A model generated the notes under the pieces. That model had not been told where the DNA came from, did no database searches, and saw nothing but the letters and a program-made list of their open reading frames with translations. The translations under genes and the position numbers were made by a program. 64,000 nucleotides of DNA from Zygnema circumcarinatum SAG 698-1b (taxonomy: Eukaryota; Plantae; Zygnematophyceae): positions 558,001 through 622,000 of the forward strand of contig CM074820.1 of the NCBI GenBank assembly GCA_037447605.1. Reading direction: 5' to 3'. Shown piece after piece: positions 55,617 through 64,000 of this stretch; the stretch's first letter is position 1, and the number at the start of each line of letters is the position of its first letter.

Positions 55617-56711
55617 GAAAATGATACAGGCGCCCCACGTTTTGGATATCCGCGCCCCTTTCGGGACGCGGGACTGTACTTTCATTTTTGCTAATCACGC
55701 CCCCCCCCCCCCTTGGATCTTTCGGGAGGAGAGATCTTGTAGACAATCGGACCCCGCGCCTCGCGCGCAGGATCCGACCGTGCACCGACGTACGGCGCCG
55801 CGCATCGCGGCGCGGCCCGCGAGATGCGGCGAGCCTACGGAAACGTTGTCCTCACCTGATCCTTTTGGGTCGAGGTTGCGACGTGGCAGTCTACCATTGG
55901 ACAGCCCTGCTGCCGGTCCCCCATGCCGATACAGTGGACCCCCATAATATTTTCGCCATGGGTTCGGCAAATACTGGGCGAAAATATTGTAATTTGCAAA
56001 TATAAGGTCCGCGTTACCAATAGGCGAGCGCTATTATGTTAGAAGTTCATGTCTGTCCGTACGTATCGTATCGTATCGTACCGTGCTTTAGATACACGAG
56101 CTCCTATTGGTGCCGTATCTATACCGTACGATTTAGAGATTCTATTCATACTTACCGTACAGCGGAAAAGCGTGACCCATGTTTGAAAATCCGTTTCGAT
56201 AAACAGATTTTGTATTGGAGAATAGGTTAGGTTAGGTTAACACCCCTAATAGGTTAACATTGAGTTACCGTACAAAAAGGTGGTTTCGGCAAAATCGGGG
56301 CGAATTTCTTGGGGACGCACTGTACAAGGTGGAAAATATTATGGGGGTCCACTGTATCAGCATGGGGGACCGGCAGCAGGGCTGTCCAATGGTAGACTGC
56401 CACGTCGCAACCTCGACCCAAAAGGATCAGGTGAGGACAACGTTTCGGTAGGCTCGCCGCATCTCGCGGGCCGCGCCGCGATGCGCGGCGCCGTACGTCG
56501 GTGCACGGTCGGATCCTGCGCGCGAGGCGCGGCGCCGTACGTCGGTGCACGGTCGGATCCTGCGCGCGAGGCGCGGGGTCCGATTGTCTACAAGATCTCT
56601 CCTCCCGAAAGATCCAAGGGGGGGGGGGCGTGATTAGCCAAAATGACAGTACAGTTTTTTCCCGAAAGGGGGCGCGGATATCCAAAAAGTGGGGCGCCTG
56701 TATCATATTCC
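55617..56711. mobile_element. Non-autonomous Mutator-like element (MULE) with ~340-bp TIRs and 9-bp TSD
   Basis: TSD ATAGCAAAA at 55608-55616 and 56712-56720. Left arm 55617-55954 and right arm 56332-56711 are near-perfect inverted repeats beginning with G. The right arm has an extra ~42-bp tandem duplication. The internal spacer is 377 bp. Confidence 0.85.
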
Positions 56712-57370
56712 ATAGCAAAAAAAGGATGTCCATCTCATTTTTGTACAAACCAGTGCTGCAGAAAGTACAATCCAGATCTGCTGAAAGTACAAACCAGATC
56801 TGCTAGAAGTACAAACCAGTGATCAAAAACCATAATCTGAGTTTTTCACGGCTTGAAAACGGTCTAGGTCGCCCGCCCAACACGACTTTTCGGGGACCTC
56901 CAATCGAATCGTGAAACGTGTACTATGTCCACACGTGACGAGCAGCCATTGGCCGATGGTTGCTGACTGTATAAAGGTCGCGATGACCTTTAGGTTTCTT
57001 CCCGCCAAATTTTTCATTTCAATTTTCCCTCTCTCCCTCCCTCCCTCTCCCTCTGTCGCTTTCCCACTCTTTCTCTACTAGGCCTCCCTCTCCCTCTCTC
57101 CGCCTCTCCCGCTACCTCTCCCTTCCTCTCCCTCCCACTCTCTCTCCCTCTCTCTCTCTCTCTTCGCCTCCTCTCCCGCTACCTCTCCCTCTTCCTCTCA
57201 CTCTCCCTCTCCTTTCCCACTCCCTCTCCCTCTGCATTTCTCTTCTCATCTCACTATCTGACCTGGCAGGGCTAATCTAATATGTAACATGTTTCAAACC
57301 TAAATATTCCCAGAGCCAAATATTCTATACCTTATTTTCGTGAGCAGAATCGCATTGGTGTCCGCGCGAA

Positions 57371-60300
57371 ATGGATTATTCTAATTTTAGAGATATGGAC
57401 ATTTTAATGGAGGTGACAACTGGCCTCGGTTTGTCGGAAGAAACCGAAGAAGGAGTTTACGTGTACAGACGGAGCGAGGCTTGTTTAGGTAAAATTCTTA
57501 TTTTTTTATTTTTGTTTACTACTTAATGGCACTAAGGGACTGAACATCCCCCCCCCCCCCCCCCNNNNNNNNNNCCCCCCCATTTTTAACCCTTTTTTTA
57601 ATCCACCTGTTTTTTTTTTCGCAGAATGTTTGAAAGATCTGCAGAGATTTCTGCGCCGTGACAGCCCCCAAAAGCGCGATGTTTTTCTCATATTGGGGGA
57701 GTGGAATATTGTAAAAAATGACTTGGTGCCGATCATGGTTCAATATAAGGGAGAGAGGGACCTCGTGCTGGCGGCAGGTAAAGGGGGGTTTTATTTCACC
57801 CTGAAATTGGGGGAAGATGGGGTATAATTGGGGGAAGGCGGGGGACTGGGGATTTGGAGGGAGGGAGGGAGGGAGGGAGGGAGGGAGGGAGGGAGGGAGG
57901 GAGGGAGGGGGAGGGAGGGAGGGAGGTGGGAAGGGAGGGAGGGGGGAGGGAGGGAGGAGGGAGGGAGGGAGGGAGGGAGGGAGGGAGGAGGGAGGGAGGG
58001 AGGAGGGAGGGAGGGAGGGAGGGAGGGAGGGGGAGGGAGGGAGGGAGGGAGGGAGGGAGGGAGGGAGGAGGGAGGGAGGGAGGAGGGGAGGGAGGGAGGG
58101 AGGGAGGGAGGGAGGGAGGAGGGAGGGAGGGAGGGAGGGAGGGAGGAGGGAGGGAGGGAGGGAGGGAGGGAGGGAGGGAGGGAGGGAGGGAGGGAGGGAG
58201 GGAGGGAGGGAGGGAGGGAGGAAGGGAGGGAGGGAGGAGGAGGGAGGAGGGAGGGAGGGAGGGAGGGAGGGAGGTGGGAAGGGAGGGAGGGAGGGAGGGA
58301 GGGAGGGAGGGAGGGAGGGAGGTAGGGAGAGATTCCACCCGAACTTATCTCGCAGGATTTTTTTCTCTTCCCAAACTTCTTCCCCACATTCAGAACCAAA
58401 AATACTAATGGATTTTGCTCACGTTCTTTCCACCTGTTCCCCATTCCCTGTCTCTTTCTCCCGTTCTCCCCCTCGCTTTCCTTCAACACGTTTCTCTTAT
58501 TTTATTTTTTAGTATATATGTATACACTATACAGTAGAAATCTATACTAGACGATATATATAGTATAGTATTTTTGTAGTGTTTAGTGTATAAATTTCTG
58601 AGCTGCTTGTGCTGCAGTGAAGGTGGCGGTGTTTCTGACGATGCCGATTCAAGATGACTGCGAAGTCGAAAATTTGAGGCAGGAGGAGTATTTGCAGCGG
58701 TTCAAAGCCGCGTTTTTGAATGGAGAGGCGCTTGCTTCTGTGCTTAATCTTTTGGAGGAGCCCTTCGAGCACATCGAGGAGTACGCATTCATGCCTCTCT
58801 CTGCCCTCTCTCTCTCCTCTCTCTCCTCTCCCTCTTTCTGCGTCTGCCTGTTGCTTATTTCTGTCTCTCTGTTGCTTTGACGGATCCTATGAGTGCAGAA
58901 ATGCAGCGAAGGACGATGACTGGACGCTCATTCAACTTGTTTTGACATTTTTTCGAAACCTTTTGGCCATTTCCGACCCTCCTCCGCAGCGATCAACCAC
59001 TTCCGCCGGCTCTCATCTCGCCTATCTCACGGTACGCATAGAAAAAAAAAAAGAATGCAAAATAAAGAAGGAAAGGAAGACGAATAAGAGGGGAGAGTGA
59101 GAATTAAATTTTTAGCCCTTAGACTTTTTCTCTTTGCACTTTGAAGGTTCTTTAGCGTTGTGTTGCTCTGTACTGTACGGGCAGCTGAGGTGGTTTGATA
59201 GACAGAGAAGAGGAGAAGAAGTGAGTGAGAGAGAGAGGGAGGAGGCGAAGAAGAAGGGAGGAGAAGTAAAGGAAGCGACGACGAATAGGGAGAGAAGACG
59301 AGGAAAGAAGAGAGAGAGAGTGAGAGATAGAGAGAGAGAGAGTGCGAGAGAAGACTGCCTTATTGCCTTCCGTTTTCTTATATTTAATACTTTTGTTTAT
59401 TTCTTTTTTTTTAAAACAGGATGACCTCGTTGAACTCTACATTAAAAATGGCATCCTCGACGTCATTTTGGTGCTCACTCAGTATGTCAACGATCGGAAG
59501 GCGCTGCGGAACGATAACTTTTTGCTTTTAGAACTTTATTTTCATATTTTTCGGAACCAAAGGCCCCAAGATCTGATCGCAGCCGCCATGCAGAAACCTG
59601 TAACCCACAAAAAACAGGTGAATACTTTTTCTTAGCATTTTAAAAAGGTAAAAGCGCCAGGTCAATGAGCACAGACTTAGTTGAAATTTAAGCCAATGAC
59701 GCTTCTGATTATTTTTTTCTTGATTGAATGGCGGTTAAAGCTAATGTGGTTTAGTCAATTTTCGTTTTTCATTGTGCTCTTTTCTGCAGGTCATAAAAAA
59801 CACGGAACAAACTATGAATGGACCTCTCCGGCATTCTCGATTTGTTGGAACGTTTGTTGTGCAGAACAGGGTGCGTTTCTATATCTCCGCGTTCACTCTT
59901 TTTCGTCACCCAGTTGCAGTTTCACTTTCAGTTAATTTGGACAGATAAACTTTTACTTATTTTAGAAAAGAAAGACGACACAAATAGTAAGCTCCATCGG
60001 GATCTTGAAGCCTCTCACTCTCTCTCTTCTTCTCCGTCCTCTCTGTCTCCCTCCCTCCCTCCCTCCCTTCCCCCCCCTCCCCCCCCTNNNNNNNNNNCCC
60101 TCCCTCCCTCCCTCCCTTCCCCCCCCTCCCCCCCCTCCTCCCTCCCCATTCCTCCCTCCCTTCCCCTCTCCCTCCCCCTCTCCCTCTCCCTCTCCCTACC
60201 CCCCCTCCCTCTCCCCCATCCCCCTCCCTCTCCCTCCCTCTCTTGCAGGACAAGTCTGTAGCCATGCTGAGTGCAAACCCTTTGAAAACTTCAATCGATT

Positions 60301-63208
60301 GCCGTCTCCGCCCTCAGAGCCGGAGGGGTCCCTCAAAACGAATTGCAGCCGAACCGGAGATTTATTTCCGATCAAGCGCAGAAATTCGAATTTCCTTGAA
60401 GGAATTCGCAGACAACGTGATGGCTGCAGGGTACAGTGGTAAGGAAACCCTTCTTTTTTTTGTAGTAGTGCATCTCATGAAAGGAAGAAACTTGGCTTAA
60501 AGGAGAATCTGACTAGAAACTCTTCTGACTTCCTTATTGGAGTGTTCCGTCTATTCTGTGTTTGTTTCTTTTGTGGCTGCAGTGCTGATGGAGACAGTGA
60601 AGGAAGATGTGAGCAGAGAGACAGAGAGAGAGGAAGTGGCGATGCAGGATGTGGTAACGATGTTCAAAGTTGCCAAATTTTTTACTTCATACAAAAGTCA
60701 CCTCCTTCAAGCTGCTCAGGTGCGATACAGTAACATCCTTAAAGAATCGTATAATTAGAGGCATGAAGGAATCCTCATATTCACTTATTTATGAAAAACC
60801 TCTAATTTCACTCCATTGAATAACTTACCTAAGACCCTAAAATTTTATTTATGAACTGAACTGTTAACATACGCATTGCTTTGTTTTCATAGGCTGCGAC
60901 GGAGGAGAAGGAGAAGAAGAAACGAAAGTGTGCGGAAGAGGGAGAGGGAGAGGAGAGCGCTAAGGAGAGAGTGGCAGAGGGAGAGGGAGAGAATTCAGCC
61001 TCCCTCCCTCCCACTCCTGTGTGGGACGGATGTGGAGCCATCGGAAGCACTATGGATGAAGACATGTTCGAACTCGTGGTTTCCAAATGGCGAGAATTTG
61101 CGGAAAGTAAGAAGCAGTTGAACTGCTGGGAAGCACTCGCTGCTGTCGGATCCTTGTTGAAGGAAATGGTGAGGAGGAAAACCCGGCTGATTTTGCGATC
61201 TTATTTAGCTTAATAATATATAATGTTCAGAGCAACCTTTGGATTTCAGAATTTTCGATGAAATCTGCGCCAAGAATGGCAGAGTGCCGAACCTTAGCAT
61301 GCAAAAATCTGAAGAGTTACGACGGGAAAAGCTTAAAGTTGAAAAACTTAAGTTCTCTCTTTTCTTTCTCTCTCTCACTCCCTCTCTCTCTGCCCCCCCC
61401 CTGGCTGCCCCCCCTCCCCCGCTTTTCCCCTTCTCGCCTTGCCCCACTCCTTCCCATCCTTCCCTCCCTCTCACCATCCCACTCTTTCACCCTCCCTCCA
61501 TCCTTGCCTTCCTCCCTCCCTCTCTCCCTCCCGCTTTTCCTCCCTCCCACCCACCCACCCACCCTCCCTCCCTCTCTCCCTCGCTCCCTCCCTCCCTCCC
61601 TCCCTCCATCCCTCCCTCTCTCCCTCCCGCTTTTCCTCCCTCCCACCCACCCACCCACCCTCCCTCCCTCTCTCCCTCGCTCCCTCCCTCCCTCCCTCTC
61701 TCCTCGCTCGCCTGCCCACCCGCCCTGCCTCTCTTCCTCTCTCTCTCCCGTCCTCCCTCCCTCTCCCTCCCTCCCTCTCTCCTCGCTCGCCTGCCCACCC
61801 GCCCTGCCTCTCTTCCTCTCTCTCTCCCGTCCTCCCTCCCTCTCCCTCCCTCCCTCTCTCCCTTTGCTACCTTACCGAGTGTTGAATGCATGGACAGATG
61901 CGGCTGCTGGACCTTGTCCTGAAGCACTCTCCGTACGGAGGGGAGGAGGGCCGTACGGCGCGCATCCTCCTCTACAAGCTCTTCTATGACTGTACGGACA
62001 GCGGCGTTCTGAGCACTCTAAAGGACCTCATAAAGTCCTTCAACAAACAGAAGCAGCCGCGCAGGTCCTCCCTCCCTCCCTCCCTCCCTCTCAAATGAGC
62101 TTAAAAAAAAAAAAAAAAAATGAAATGGGTTTGTCAGAAATGAGTTTTTAGAAAGGTTTGCAGGTCTGTAACTAAACAGATTTGCAGGTTTGCAAATCAG
62201 CAGGTTTATAGATTCTCCTTTATTTATGTATATCTATTTTTTATTTTTTCTTTCTGCAGCCACCTGGTGGACTTGGTGCAGACAACGCACTTGGCGCTGA
62301 GAATGGTTGAAGATATGATCGAAGCAGATGGAGAACTGAGAGTGAGCGAGCTTTCCTTCAATTTTGAAAAAAAATACTAAAAAACAAACATTCAAAATTG
62401 TCCGACGTTGGTGTTTAAAATACAAGAATCTGGTTGTAAACTTATGTAACCTTTTTCATTTTTGTAACTTTGCTAACCCAAAGTAGCTCAGCTCAACAGC
62501 CCTAAAGTTAAAAAGTAAAGTGACTCGGGAAATTTCTCTTCACAGGTGCTTGCGAAGAAGCGGAATGTGCGGAAAAAAGGAGGAAAGGGAGGTGTGGGAG
62601 AGGGAGGAGGTCAGGGAGAGGAAAAGAGAGAGAGTGCAGGAGAAGCTTTGAGAGATGGGAACGGAACAAATGCGGACAATCTCAGGGAGGGAGATGGTGA
62701 TACTGCTGATAATAGACATAGTGGAAGGGGAGGGAGAGAGAGGGAGGGAGAGAGGGAGGAGAGCGGTATAGAGCGAGAGCAAAATGAGAGAGAACGAGAG
62801 GGAGAGCAAGGCCCGAACGAAGGCGATGAGGATGACCAAGGAGAAGGAAGACAAGCAGCGGGTGGAAGAGAGAGAGAGAGAGTGAGAGAGCGAGAGCGAG
62901 AGGTAGATGGAGCGGTAGAGGGAGAGAGAGAGGAGGGTGATGCGAATGCCGATTCGGAGAAAGAAGATGATGATCGGACGATGGAAGTTTCGCTTAATTT
63001 TGCGAAAGTTTTGCGAAGTTTCTGCGACTGCTCGGTGGTGCAGAGTCTCTGTTGGCTATTGGAGTCGTACGGACAGAACAGCAAACAGACCACCTACTGC
63101 ATTGTGAGGACGCTGCAAAGGATATGCGACGACTGCGGGATGGAGCCAATGCTGTACCAGGTAATCACTCCCACTCTCTCTTTATCTATCTCTCTCTCTC
63201 TCCCCTCC

Positions 63209-63292
<84 letters not shown>

Positions 63293-63295
63293 CCA

Positions 63296-63329
<34 letters not shown>

Positions 63330-63384
63330 CCTCCCACTCTCTCTCTCTCTCCCTCCCACTCTCTCTCTCTCTCTCTCCCTCCCA

Positions 63385-63436
<52 letters not shown>

Positions 63437-63438
63437 CT

Positions 63439-63535
<97 letters not shown>

Positions 63536-64000
63536 CAGCTCCTTTGTCTCTCTTTGGTCTGTCTTTTCAGACTCTCCCACATGTAACTGTCAAAAAGACC
63601 ATAGAAACCACAATCCTTTTCCTCATCAATTGTGTTATAACTTTTCTTATTTCCTTAAATCTCGAAGCAGGTTTCCATTTTATCGACATTTTATCGCATT
63701 ATGTCGGATTCCACGATTCAACGATCAAAAGACCACAAAATGCTTTTGGACTTTGTTACCAAAGTGGTCCGTGGGCTCTTCAAAAAACTGAAGAAGCAAC
63801 CTTCTCTATTTGTTGAGCTTCTCTTTTGGAAGGGCCGTACGGACTGTCACAACATTACGGCGGACTACATGCTCCACGGTTGGAACGGAAAACAGAAAAA
63901 CCGCAGAAATTTCTCGGTCAGAGTTGCACTTGGAGAAGACGAGGCAGGAAATGGTTTACATGATGATGATGTTTTTGGAGATGTTGGGTGAGTTTGTTTG
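57371..64000 (+). CDS. TIMELESS: TIMELESS / Tof1-Swi1 replication fork protection protein (5' part, continues past window end)
   Basis: Exon 1 57371-57488 (GLG..E.EEG...Y.RSEACL), exon 2 57625-57777 (CLKDLQRFLRRDSP.KRDVF..LGEWNIV.NDLVPI), then VKVAVFLTMP, WTLIQLVLTFFRNLLAI, RHSRFVGTF, LLYKLFYD, E.SLNFAKVLRSFCD, GMEPMLYQ, QPSLFVELLFWK. GT-AG introns. Confidence 0.93.
57858..58325 (+). repeat. (GGGA)n-type polypurine array in TIMELESS intron 2
   Basis: Near-pure GGGA/GGAGGA run. Confidence 0.95.

Noticed and set aside
55621-56806. ORFs within the MULE as a transposase
   Set aside because: They are short, mirror each other because of the TIRs, and have no DDE or zinc-finger motifs.
57791-58512. 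(GGRE)n / (PPSL)n ORFs
   Set aside because: They come from the (GGGA)n array in TIMELESS intron 2.

Overview
This window is eukaryotic nuclear DNA, most consistent with a streptophyte green alga (a Zygnematophyceae-like organism is an inference). It has intron-rich GT-AG genes with plant-type products, introns full of polypurine/polypyrimidine tracts, and CCCTAAA-like repeats. Bases 1-13,000 are a transposon nest: CRE-clade (RT + restriction-like endonuclease) non-LTR copies and a Ty1/copia remnant. That region is indel-riddled and duplicated across a 100-N gap, probably raw long-read gap fill. Eight genes were reconstructed by hand from splice sites and motifs: F-box/kelch (+), DUF616 MUCI70-like glycosyltransferase (+), short kinase-less secreted LRR protein (-), a dumbbell extensin-like protein with two copies of an unrecognised Cys-containing domain (-), a membrane-anchored fungal-type (GH13_1-like) alpha-amylase (+), type II pantothenate kinase (-), an uncharacterised SAM-methyltransferase-fold protein (+), and TIMELESS (+, runs off the end). 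Two non-autonomous DNA transposons have readable TIRs and TSDs: a 792-bp palindrome-built element with an 8-bp TSD, and a 1.1-kb Mutator-like element with a 9-bp TSD. Most ORFs in the supplied track are artefacts of low-complexity DNA. No database searches were possible, so family calls rest on recalled motifs.
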